Of a stretch of DNA of 64,000 nucleotides, positions 1 through 13,049 are shown one piece after another. The stretch covers positions 409,200,001 through 409,264,000 of the forward strand of contig OZ024741.1 of NCBI GenBank assembly GCA_964016885.1. The letters run 5' to 3'. The notes beneath the pieces were generated by a model. It was not told where the DNA came from. It ran no database searches and worked only from the letters and a program-made list of their open reading frames with translations. The first letter of the stretch is position 1, and each line of letters starts with the position of its first letter. Position numbers and translations under genes: made by a program. The stretch comes from Eledone cirrhosa. Its lineage: Eukaryota.

Positions 1-3000
1 TAAAAGGGAGACTGTGTACCTATTTTAAGAGGAAGAAGATACCTATTTTAAAAGGAAGACCGTGTACCTATTTTAAAAGGGAGACTGTACCTATTTTAAA
101 AGGAAGACTGTACCTATTTTAAAAAGAAGTCTGTACCTATTTTAAAAGGAAGACTGTACCTATTTTAAAAGGAAGATTGTGTACCTATTTTAAAAGAGAG
201 ACTGTACCTATCTTAAAAGGAAGACTGTACTTATTTTAAAAGGAAGACTGTACCTATTTTAAAAGGGAGACTGTGTACCTATTTTAAAAGGGAGACTGTA
301 CCTATTTTAAAAGGAAGACTGTGTACCTGTTTTAAAAGGGAGACTGTACCTATTTTAAAAGGGAGACTCTACCTATTTTAAAAGGAAGACTTTACCTAAT
401 TTAAAAGGAAGACTGTACCTATTTTAAAAGGAAGACTGTACCTATTTTAAAAGGGAGACTGTGCCTATTTTAAAAGGAAGACTGTACCTATTTTAAAAGG
501 AAGACTGTACCTATTTTAAAAGGAAGACTGTGTACTTATTTTAAAAGGCAGACTGTGTACCTATTTTAAAAGGGAGACTATGTACCTATTTTAAGAGGAA
601 GCAGATACCTATTTTAAAAGGAAGACTGTGTACCTATTTTAAAAGGGAGACTGTACCTATTTTAAAAGGAAGACTGTATCTATTTTAAAAGGAATACTGT
701 ACCTATTTTAAAAGGAAGACTGTGTACCTATATTAAAAGGGAGACTGTGTACGTATTTTAAAAGGAAGACTGTGTACCTATTTTAAAAGGGAGACTTACC
801 TATTTTAAAAGGAAGACTGTACCTATTTTAAAAGGAAGACTGTACCTATTTTAAAAGGAAGACTGTGTACCTATTTTAAAAGGGAGACTGTACCTATTTT
901 AAAAGGAAGACTCTACCTATTTTAAAAGGAAGACTGTACCTATTTTAAAAGGAAGACTGTGTACCTATTTTAAAAGGAAGACTGTACCTATTTTAAAATG
1001 AAGACTGTGTACCTGTTTTAAAAGGGAGACTGTGTACCTATTTTAAAAGGGAGACTGTGTACCTATTTTAAAAGGAAGACTGTACCTATTTTAAAATGAA
1101 GACTGTGTACCTGTTTTAAAAGGGAGACTGTGTACCTATTTTAAAAGGGAGACTGTGTACCTATTTTAAAAGGAAGACTTACCTATTTTAAAAGGAAGAC
1201 TGTGTACCTATTTTAAAAGGGAGACTGTACCTATTTTAAAAGGAAGTCTGTGTACGTATTTTAAAAGGGAGACTGTGTACCTATTTTAAAAAGAAGATTG
1301 TACCTATTTTAAAAGGAAGACTCTACCTATTTTAAAAGGAAGACTGTGTACCTATTTTAAAAGGGAGACTGCACCTATTTTAAAAGGGAGATTGTACCTA
1401 TTTTAAAAGGAAGACTGTACCTATTTTAGAAAGAAGACTGTACCTATTTTAAAAGGAAGACTGTGTACCTATTTTAAAAGGGAGACTGTACCTATTTTAA
1501 AAGGAAGACTGTATCTATTTTAAAAGGAATACTGTACCTATTTTAAAAGGAAGACTGTGTACCTATATTAAAAGGGAGACTGTGTACGTATTTTAAAAGG
1601 AAGACTGTGTACCTATTTTAAAAGGGAGACTTACCTATTTTAAAAGGAAGACTGTACCTATTTTAAAAGGAAGACTGTACCTATTTTAAAAGGAAGACTG
1701 TGTACCTATTTTAAAAGGGAGACTGTACCTATTTTAAAAGGATGACTCTACCTATTTTAAAAGGAAGACTGTACCTATTTTAAAAAGAAGACTGTACCTA
1801 TTTTAAAAGGAAGACTGTACCTATTTTAAAAGGAAGATTGTGTACCTATTTTAAAAGAGAGACTCTACCTATTTTAAAAGGAAGACTGTACTTATTTTAA
1901 AAGGAAGACTGTACCTATTTTAAAAGGGAGACTGTGTACCTATTTTAAAAGGGAGACTGTACCTATTTTAAAAGGAAGACTGTGTACCTGTTTTAAAAGG
2001 GAGACTGTACCTATTTTAAAAGGGAGACTGTACCTATTTTAAAAGGGAGACTGTACCTATTTTAAAAGGAAGACTGTACCTATTTTAAAAGGAAGACTGT
2101 GTACCTATTTTAAAAGGAAGGCTGTGTACCTATTTTAAAAGGGAGACTATGTACCTATTTTAAGAGGAAGCAGATACCTATTTTAAAAGGAAGACTGTGT
2201 AGCTATTTTAAAAGGGAGACTGTACCTATTTTAAAAGGAAGACTGTATCTATTTTAAAAGGAAGACTGTAACTATTTTAAAAGGAAGACTGTGTACCTAT
2301 ATTAAAAGGGAGACTGTGTACGTATTTTAAAAGGAAGACTGTGTACCTATTTTAAAAGGGAGACTTCCTATTTTAAAAGGAAGACTGTACCTATTTTAAA
2401 AGGAAGACTGTACCTATTTTGAAAGGAAGACTGTGTACCTATTTTAAAAGGGAGACTGTACCTATTTTAAAAGGAAGACTCTACCTATTTTAAAAGGAAG
2501 ACTGTACCTATTTTAAAAGGAAGACTGTGTACCTATTTTAAAAGGAAGACTGTACCTATTTTAAAATGAAGACTGTGTACCTGTTTTAAAAGGGAGACTG
2601 TGTACCTATTTTAAAAGGGAGACTGTGTACCTATTTTAAAAGGAAGACTTACCTATTTTAAAAGGAAGACTGTGTACCTATTTTAAAAGGGAGACTGTAC
2701 CTATTTTAAAAGGAAAACTGTGTACGTATTTTAAAAGGAAGTCTGTGTACCTATTTTAAAAGGAAGACTCTACCTATTTTAAAAGGAAGACTGTGTACCT
2801 ATTTTAAAAGGGAGACTGCACCTATTTTAAAAGGGAGATTGTACCTATTTTAAAAGGAAGACTGTACCTATTTTAGAAGGAAGACTGTACCTATTTTAAA
2901 AGGAAGACTGTGTACCTATTTTAAAAGGAAGACTGTACCTATTTCAAAAGGAAGACTATGTACCTATTTTAAAAGGGAGACTGTGTACCTATTTTAAGAG

Positions 3001-4400
3001 GAAGAAGATACCTATTTTAAAAGGAAGACCGTGTACCTATTTTAAAAGGGAGACTGTACCTATTTTAAAAGGAAGACTGTACCTATTTTAAAAAGAAGTC
3101 TGTACCTATTTTAAAAGGAAGACTGTACCTATTTTAAAAGGAAGATTGTGTACCTATTTTAAAAGAGAGACTGTACCTATCTTAAAAGGAAGACTGTACT
3201 TATTTTAAAAGGAAGACTGTACCTATTTTAAAAGGGAGACTGTGTACCTATTTTAAAAGGGAGACTGTACCTATTTTAAAAGGAAGACTGTGTACCTGTT
3301 TTAAAAGGGAGACTGTACCTATTTTAAAAGGGAGACTCTACCTATTTTAAAAGGAAGACTTTACCTAATTTAAAAGGAAGACTGTACCTATTTTAAAAGG
3401 AAGACTGTACCTATTTTAAAAGGGAGACTGTGCCTATTTTAAAAGGAAGACTGTACCTATTTTAAAAGGAAGACTGTACCTATTTTAAAAGGAAGACTGT
3501 GTACTTATTTTAAAAGGCAGACTGTGTACCTATTTTAAAAGGGAGACTATGTACCTATTTTAAGAGGAAGCAGATACCTATTTTAAAAGGAAGACTGTGT
3601 ACCTATTTTAAAAGGGAGACTGTACCTATTTTAAAAGGAAGACTGTATCTATTTTAAAAGGAATACTGTACCTATTTTAAAAGGAAGACTGTGTACCTAT
3701 ATTAAAAGGGAGACTGTGTACGTATTTTAAAAGGAAGACTGTGTACCTATTTTAAAAGGGAGACTTACCTATTTTAAAAGGAAGACTGTACCTATTTTAA
3801 AAGCAAGACTGTACCTATTTTAAAAGGAAGACTGTGTACCTATTTTAAAAGGGAGACTGTACCTATTTTAAAAGGAAGACTCTACCTATTTTAAAAGGAA
3901 GACTGTACCTATTTTAAAAGGAAGACTGTGTACCTATTTTAAAAGGAAGACTGTACCTATTTTAAAATGAAGACTGTGTACCTGTTTTAAAAGGGAGACT
4001 GTGTACCTATTTTAAAAGGGAGACTGTGTACCTATTTTAAAAGGAAGACTGTACCTATTTTAAAATGAAGACTGTGTACCTGTTTTAAAAGGGAGACTGT
4101 GTACCTATTTTAAAAGGGAGACTGTGTACCTATTTTAAAAGGAAGACTTACCTATTTTAAAAGGAAGACTGTGTACCTATTTTAAAAGGGAGACTGTACC
4201 TATTTTAAAAGGAAGTCTGTGTACGTATTTTAAAAGGGAGACTGTGTACCTATTTTAAAAAGAAGATTGTACCTATTTTAAAAGGAAGACTCTACCTATT
4301 TTAAAAGGAAGACTGTGTACCTATTTTAAAAGGGAGACTGCACCTATTTTAAAAGGGAGATTGTACCTATTTTAAAAGGAAGACTGTACCTATTTTAGAA
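1..4400 (+). repeat. Block duplication within the array: ~1-1430 repeated at ~2970-4400 (offset 2969)
   Basis: Markers at a constant offset: GGAAGAAGATAC 31/3000, TTTACCTAATTT 391/3360, GGCAGACT 547/3516. Confidence 0.9.
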
Positions 4401-6100
4401 GGAAGACTGTACCTATTTTAAAAGGAAGACTGTGTACCTATTTTAAAAGGAAGACTGTACCTATTTCAAAAGGAAGACTATGTACCTATTTTAAAAGGGA
4501 GACTGTGTACCTATTTTAAGAGGAAGAAGATACCTATTTTAAAAGGAAGACCGTGTACCTATTTTAAAAGGGAGACTGTACCTATTTTAAAAGGAAGTCT
4601 GTACCTATTTTAAAAAGAAGTCTGTACCTATTTTAAAAGGAAGACTGTACCTATTTTAAAAGGAAGATTGTGTACCTATTTTAAAAGAGAGACTGTACCT
4701 ATCTTAAAAGGAAGACTGTACTTATTTTAAAAGGAAGACTGTACCTATTTTAAAAGGGAGACTGTGTACCTATTTTAAAAGGGAGACTGTACCTATTTTA
4801 AAAGGAAGACTGTGTACCTGTTTTAAAAGGGAGACTGTACCTATTTTAAAAGGGAGACTCTACCTATTTTAAAAGGAAGACTGTACCTAATTTAAAAGGA
4901 AGTCTGTACCTATTTTAAAAGGAAGACTGTACCTATTTTAAAAGGGAGACTGTGCCTATTTTAAAAGGAAGACTGTACCTATTTTAAAAGGAAGACTGTA
5001 CCTATTTTAAAAGGAAGACTGTGTACTTATTTTAAAAGGCAGACTGTGTACCTATTTTAAAAGGGAGACTATGTACCTATTTTAAGAGGAAGCAGATACC
5101 TATTTTAAAAGGAAGACTGTGTACCTATTTTAAAAGGGAGACTGTACCTATTTTAAAAGGAAGACTGTATCTATTTTAAAAGGAATACTGTACCTATTTT
5201 AAAAGGAAGACTGTGTACCTATATTAAAAGGGAGACTGTGTACGTATTTTAAAAGGAAGACTGTGTACCTATTTTAAAAGGGAGACTTACCTATTTTAAA
5301 AGGAAGACTGTACCTATTTTAAAAGGAAGACTGTACCTATTTTAAAAGGAAGACTGTGTACCTATTTTAAAAGGGAGACTGTACCTATTTTAAAAGGAAG
5401 ACTCTACCTATTTTAAAAGGAAGACTGTACCTATTTTAAAAAGAAGACTGTACCTATTTTAAAAGGAAGACTGTACCTATTTTAAAAGGAAGATTGTGTA
5501 CCTATTTTAAAAGAGAGACTCTACCTATTTTAAAAGGAAGACTGTACTTATTTTAAAAGGAAGACTGTACCTATTTTAAAAGGGAGACTGTGTACCTATT
5601 TTAAAAGGGAGACTGTACCTATTTTAAAAGGAAGACTGTGTACCTGTTTTAAAAGGGAGACTGTACCTATTTTAAAAGGGAGACTGTACCTATTTTAAAA
5701 GGGAGACTGTACCTATTTTAAAAGGAAGACTGTACCTATTTTAAAAGGAAGACTGTGTACCTATTTTAAAAGGAAGGCTGTGTACCTATTTTAAAAGGGA
5801 GACTATGTACCTATTTTAAGAGGAAGCAGATACCTATTTTAAAAGGAAGACTGTGTAGCTATTTTAAAAGGGAGACTGTACCTATTTTAAAAGGAAGACT
5901 GTATCTATTTTAAAAGGAAGACTGTACCTATTTTAAAAGGAAGACTGTGTACCTATATTAAAAGGGAGACTGTGTACGTATTTTAAAAGGAAGACTGTGT
6001 ACCTATTTTAAAAGGGAGACTTCCTATTTTAAAAGGAAGACTGTACCTATTTTAAAAGGAAGACTGTACCTATTTTGAAAGGAAGACTGTGTACCTATTT
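1450..6100 (+). repeat. Block duplication: ~1450-2440 repeated at ~5106-6100 (offset 3656)
   Basis: Private variants TGTGTAGCTA (AGCT at 2201/5857) and AGACTTCCTA (2361/6017); GTATCT at 1511/5167. Confidence 0.85.
2760..5430 (+). repeat. Tandem HOR with 1522-bp period (about 1.7 copies)
   Basis: GGAAGAAGATAC 3000/4522; GGCAGACT 3516/5038; the CCTAATTT-bearing monomer at 3360/4882. Confidence 0.85.
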
Positions 6101-9100
6101 TAAAATGGAGACTGTACCTATTTTAAAAGGAAGACTGTACCTATTTTAAAAGGAAGACTGTACCTATTTTAAAAGGAAGACTGTACCTATTTTAAAATGA
6201 AGACTGTGTACCTGTTTTAAAAGGGAGACTGTACCTATTTTAAAAGGGAGACTCTACCTATTTTAAAAGGAGGACTGTACCTATTTTAAAAGGAAGACTG
6301 TACCTATTTTAAAAGGAAGACTGTACCTATTTTAAAAGGAAGACTGTGTACGTATTTTAAAAGGGAGATGTACCTATTTTAAAAAGAAGACTGTACCTAT
6401 TTTAAAAGGAAGACTCTACATATTTTAAAAGGAAGACTGTGTACCTATTTTAAAAGGGAGACTGCACCTATTTTAAAAGGGAGACTCTACCTATTTTAAA
6501 AGGAAGACTGTACCTATTTTAAAAGGAAGACTGTACCTATTTTAAAAGGAAGACTGTGTACTTATTTTAAAAGGAAGACTGTGTACCTATTTTAAAAGGG
6601 AGACTATGTACCTATTTTAAGAGGAAGCAGATACCTATTTTAAAAGGAAGACTGTGTACCTATTTTAAAAGGGAGAATGTACCTATTTTAAAAGGAAGAC
6701 TGTATATATTTTAAAAGGAAGACTGTACCTATTTTAAAAGGACGACTGTGTACCTATTTTACAAGGAAGACTGTACCTATTTTAAAATGAAGACTGTGTA
6801 CCTGTTTTAAAAGGGAGACTCTACCTATTTTAAAAGGGAGACTCTACCTGTTTTAAAAGGAAGACTCTACCTATTTTAAAAGGAAGACTGTGCCTATTTT
6901 AAAAGGAAGACTGTACCTATTTTAAAAGGGTGACTGTGTACCTATTTTAAAAGGGAGACTGTACCTATTTTAAAAGGAAGACTGTGTACGTATTTTAAAA
7001 GGGAGATGTACCTATTTTAAAAAGAAGACTGTACCTATTTTAAAAGGAAGACTCTACATATTTTAAAAGGAAGTCTGTGTACCTATTTTAAAAGGGAGAC
7101 TGCACCTATTTTAAAAGGGAGACTGTACCTATTTTAAAAGGAAGACTGTACCTATTTTAAAAGGAAGACTGTACCTATTTTAAAAGGAAGACTGTGTACT
7201 TATTTTAAAAGGAAGACTGTGTACCTATTTTAAAAGGAAGACTGTATCTATTTTAAAAGGAATACTGTACCTATTTTAAAAGGAAGACTGTGTACCTATA
7301 TTAAAAGGGAGACTGTGTACGTATTTTAAAAGGAAGACTGTGTACCTATTTTAAAAGGGAGACTATGTACCTATTTTAAAAGGGAATCTGTACCTATTTT
7401 AAAAGGAAGACTGTGTACCTATTTTAAAAGGGAGACTGTACCTATTTTAAAAGGAAGACTGTATCTATTTTAAAAGGAATACTGTACCTATTTTAAAAGG
7501 AAGACTGTACCTATTTTAAAAAGAAGACTGTACCTATTTTAAAAGGAAGACTGTACCTATTTTAAGAGGAAGATTGTGTACCTATTTTAAAAGAGAGACT
7601 GTACCTATTTTAAAAGGAAGACTGTACCTATTTTAAAAGGAAGACTGTACCTATTTTAAAAGGAAGACTGTGTACCTATTTTAAAAGGGAGACTGTACCT
7701 ATTTTAATAGGAAGACTCTACCTATTTTAAAAGGAAGACTGTACCTATTTTAAAAGGAAGACTGTGTACCTATTTTAAAAGGAAGACTGTACCTATTTTA
7801 AAATGAAGACTGTGTACCTGTTTTAAAAGGGAGACTGTGTACCTATTTTAAAAGGGAGACTGTGTACCTATTTTAAAAGGAAGACAGTACCTATTTTAAA
7901 ATGAAGACTGTGTACCTGTTTTAAAAGGGAGACTGTGTACCTATTTTAAAAGGGAGACTGTGTACCTATTTTAAGAGGAAGCAGATACCTATTTTAAAAG
8001 GAAGACCGTGTACCTATTTTAAAAGGGAGACTGTACCTATTTTAAAAGGAAGACTGTACCTATTTTAAAAGGATGACTGTACATATTTTAAAAGGAAGAC
8101 TGTGTACCTATTTTAAGAGGGAGACTGTGTACCTATTTTAAAAGGAAGACTGTACCTATTTTAAAAGGAAGACTGTACCTATTTTAAAAGGAAGACTGTA
8201 CCTATTTTAAAAAGAAGACTGTACCTATTTTAAAAGGAAGACTGTACCTATTTTAAAAGGAAGATTGTGTACCTATTTTAAAAGAGAGACTGTACCTATT
8301 TTAAAAGGGAGACTGTACCGATTTTAAAAGGAAGACTGTACCTATTTTAAAAGGAAGACTGTACCTATTTTAAAAGGAAGACTGTGTACTTATTTTAAAA
8401 GGAAGACTGTGTACCTATTTTAAAAGGGAGACTATGTACCTATTTTAAGAGGAAGCAGATACCTATTTTAAAAGGAAGACTGTGTACCTATTTTAAAAGG
8501 GAGACTGTACCTATTTTAAAAGGAAGACTGTATCTATTTTAAAAGGAAGACTGTACCTATTTTAAAAGGAAGACTCTACCTATTTTAAAAGGAAGACTGT
8601 ACCTATTTTAAAAGGAAGACTGTACCTATTTTAAAAGGGAGACTGTGTACCTATTTTAAAAGGGAGACTGTACCTATTTTAAAAGGAAGACTGTGTACGT
8701 ATTTTAAAAGGGAGATGTACCTATTTTAAAAAGAAGACTGTACCTATTTTAAAAGGAAGACTCTACATATTTTAAAAGGAAGACTGTGTACCTATTTTAA
8801 AAGGGAGACTGCACCTATTTTAAAAGGGAGACTGTTCCTATTTTAAAAGGAAGACTGTACCTATTTTAAAAGGAAGACTGTACCTATTTTAAAAGGAAGA
8901 CTGTGTACTTATTTTAAAAGGAAGACTGTGTACCTATTTTAAAAGGGAGACTATGTACCTATTATAAGAGGAAGCAGATACCTATTTTAAAAGGAAGACT
9001 GTGTACCTATTTTAAAAGGGAGACTGTACCTATTTTAAAAGGAAGACTGTGTACGTATTTTAAAAGGGAGACTGTGTACCTATTTTAAAAAGAAGACTGT

Positions 9101-12100
9101 ACCTATTTTAAAAGAAAGACTCTACCTATTCTAAAAGGAAGACTGTGTACCTATTTTAAAAGGGAGACTGTGTACCTATTTTAAGAGGAAGAAGATACCT
9201 ATTTTAAAAGGAAGACTGTGTACCTATTTTAAAAGGGAGACTGCACCTATTTTAAAAGGGAGATTGTACCTATTTTAAAAGGAAGACTGTACCTATTTTA
9301 GAAGTAAGACTGTACCTATTTTAAAAGGAAGACTGTGTACCTATTTTAAAAGGAAGACAATACCTATTTTAAAATGAAGGCTGTGTACCTGTTTTAAAAG
9401 GGAGACTGTGTACCTATTTTAAAAGGGAGACTGTGTACCTATTTTAAAAGGGAGACTGTGTAACTATTTTAAATGGAAGACTGTACCTATTTGAAAAGGA
9501 AGACTCTACCTATTTTAAAAGGAAGACTGTATCTATTTTAAAAAGAAGACTGTACCTATTTTAAATGGAAGACTGTACCTATTTTAAAAGGAACATTGTG
9601 TACCTATTTTAAAAGAGAGACTGTACCTATTTTAAAGGGAAGACTGTACTTATTTTAAAAGGAAGACTGTACCTATTTTAAAAGGGAGACTGTGTACCTA
9701 TTTTAAAAGGGAGACTGTACCTATTTTAAAAGGAAGACTGTGTACCTATTTTAAAAGGGAGACTCTACCTATTTTAAAAGGAAGACTGTACCTATTTTAA
9801 AAGGAAGACTGTACCTATTTTAAAAGGAAGACTGTGTACCTATTTTAAAAAAGAGACTGTGTACCTATTTTAAAAGGGAGACTTACCTATTTTAAAAGGA
9901 AGACTCTACCTATATAAAAAGGAAGACTGTACCTATTTTAAAAGGGAGACTGTGTACCTATTTTAAAAGGGAGACTGTACCTATTTTAAAAGGAAGACTG
10001 TACCTATTTTAAAAGGAAGACTGTGTACCTATTTTAAAAGGGAGACTGTGTACCTATTGTAAAAGGAAGACTGTGTACCTATTTTAAAAGGGAGACTGTG
10101 TACCTATTTTAAAAGGAAGACTGTGTACCTATTTTAAAAGGGAGACTGTACCTATTTTGAAAGGAAGACTGTGTACCTATTTTAAAAGGAAGACTGTGTA
10201 CCTATTTTAAAAGGGAGACTGTGTACCTATATTAAAAGGGAGACTGTGTACGTATTTTAAAAGGAAGACTGTGTACCTATTTTAAATGGGAGACTGTACC
10301 TATTTTAAAAGGAAGACTGTACCTATTTTAAAAGGAAGACTGTACCTATTTTAAAAGGAAGACTGTGTACCTATTTTAAAAGGGAGACTGTACCTATTTT
10401 AAAAGGAAGACTCTACCTATTTTAAAAGAAGACTGTGTACCTATTTTAAAAGGGAGACTGTACCTATTGTAAAAGGAAGACTGTACCTATTTTAAAAGGA
10501 AGACTGTGTACCTATTTCAAAAGGAAGACTGTACCTATTTTAAAAGGGAGACTTTGTACCTATTTTAAAAGGAAGACCGTACCTATTTTAAAAGGAAGAC
10601 TGTACCTATTTTAAAAGGAAGACTGTACCTATTTTAAAAAGAAGACTGTACCTATTTTAAAAGGAAGACTGTACCTATTTTAAAAGGAAGATTGTGTACC
10701 TATTTTAAAAGAGAGACTGTACCTATTTTAAAAGGAAGACTGTACTTATTTTAAAAGGAAGACTGTACCTATTTTAAAAGGGAGACTGTGTACCTATTTT
10801 AAAAGGGAGACTGTACCTATTTTAAAAGGAAGACTGTGTACCTGTTTTAAAAGGGAGATTGTACCTATTTTAAAAGGGAGACTGTACCTATTTTAAAAGG
10901 GAGACTGTACCTATTTTAAAAGGAAGACTGTACCTATTTTAAAAGGAAGACTGTGTACCTATTTTAAAAGGAAGGCTGTGTACCTATTTTAAAAGGGAGA
11001 CTATGTACCTATTTTAAGAGGAAGCAGATACCTATTTTAAAAGGAAGACTGTGTACCTATTTTAAAAGGGAGACTGTACATATTTTAAAAGGAAGACTGT
11101 ATCTATTTTAAAAGGAAGACTGTACCTATTTTAAAAGGAAGACTGTGTACCTATATTAAAAGGGAGACTGTGTACGTATTTTAAAAGGAAGACTGTGTAC
11201 CTATTTTAAAAGGGAGACTTACCTATTTTAAAAGGAAGACTGTACCTATTTTAAAAGGAAGACTGTACCTATTTTGAAAGGAAGACTGTGTACCTATTTT
11301 AAAAGGGAGACTGTACCTATTTTAAAAGAAAGACTCTACCTATTTTAAAAGGAAGACTGTACCTATTTTAAAAGGAAGACTGTGTACCTATTTTAAAAAG
11401 AAGACTGTACCTATTTTAAAATGAAGACTGTGTACCTGTTTTAAAAGGGAGACTGTGTACCTATTTTAAAAGGAAGACTGTGTACCTATTTTAAAAGGGA
11501 GACTGTACCTATTTTAAAAGGAAGACTGTGTACGTATTTTAAAAGGAAGACTGTGTACCTATTTTAAAAGGAAGACTCTACCTATTTTAAAAGGAAGACT
11601 GTGTACCTATTTTAAAAGGGAGACTGCACCTATTTTAAAAGGGAGATTGTACCTATTTTAAAAGGAAGACTGTACCTATTTTAGAAGGAAGACTGTACCT
11701 ATTTTAAAAGGAAGACTGTGTACCTATTTTAAAAGGAAGACTGTACCTATTTCAAAAGGAAGACTATGTACCTATTTTAAAAGGGAGACTGTGTACCTAT
11801 TTTAAGAGGAAGAAGATACCTATTTTAAAAGGAAGACCGTGTACCTATTTTAAAAGGGAGACTGTACCTATTTAAAAAGGAAGACTGTACCTATTTTAAA
11901 AGGAAGACTGTACATATTTTAAAAGGAAGACTGTGTACCTATTTTAAAAGGGAGACTGTGTACCTATTTTAAAAGGAAGACTGTACCTATTTTAAAAGGA
12001 AGACTGTACCTATTTTAAAAGGAAGACTGTACCTATTTTAAAAAGAAGACTGTACCTATTTTAAAAGGAAGACTGTACCTATTTTAAAAGGAAGATTGTG

Positions 12101-13049
12101 TACCTATTTTAAAAGAGAGACTGTACCTATCTTAAAAGGAAGACTGTACTTATTTTAAAAGGAAGACTGTACCTATTTTAAAAGGGAGACTGTGTACCTA
12201 TTTTAAAAGGGAGACTGTACCTATTTTAAAAGGAAGACTGTGTACCTGTTTTAAAAGGGAGACTGTACCTATTTTAAAAGGGAGACTCTACCTATTTTAA
12301 AAGGAAGACTGTACCTATTTTAAAAGGAAGACTGTACCTATTTTAAAAGGAAGACTGTACCTATTTTAAAAGGGAGACTGTGTACCTATTTTAAAAGGGA
12401 GACTGTACCTATTTTAAAAGGAAGACTGTGTACGTATTTTAAAAGGGAGATGTACCTATTTTAAAAAGAAGACTGTACCTATTTTAAAAGGAAGACTCTA
12501 CATATTTTAAAAGGAAGACTGTGTACCTATTTTAAAAGGGAGACTGCACCTATTTTAAAAGGGAGACTGTACCTATTTTAAAAGGAAGACTGTACCTATT
12601 TTAAAAGGAAGACTGTACCTATTTTAAAAGGAAGACTGTGTACTTATTTTAAAAGGAAGACTGTGTACCTATTTTAAAAGGGAGACTATGTACCTATTTT
12701 AAGAGGAAGCAGATACCTATTTTAAAAGGAAGACTGTGTACCTATTTTAAAAGGGAGACTGTACCTATTTTAAAAGGAAGACAGTATCTATTTTAAAAGG
12801 AATACTGTACCTATTTTAAAAGGAAGACTGTGTACCTATATTAAAAGGGAGACTGTGTACGTATTTTAAAAGGAAGACTGTGTACCTATTTTAAAAGGGA
12901 GACTTACCTATTTTAAAAGGAAGACTGTACCTATTTTTAAAAGGGAGACTGTACCTATTTTAAAAGGAAGACTGTACCTATTTTAAAAGGAAGACTGTAC
13001 CTATTTTAAAAGGAAGACTGTGTACTTATTTTAAAAGGAAGACTGTGTA

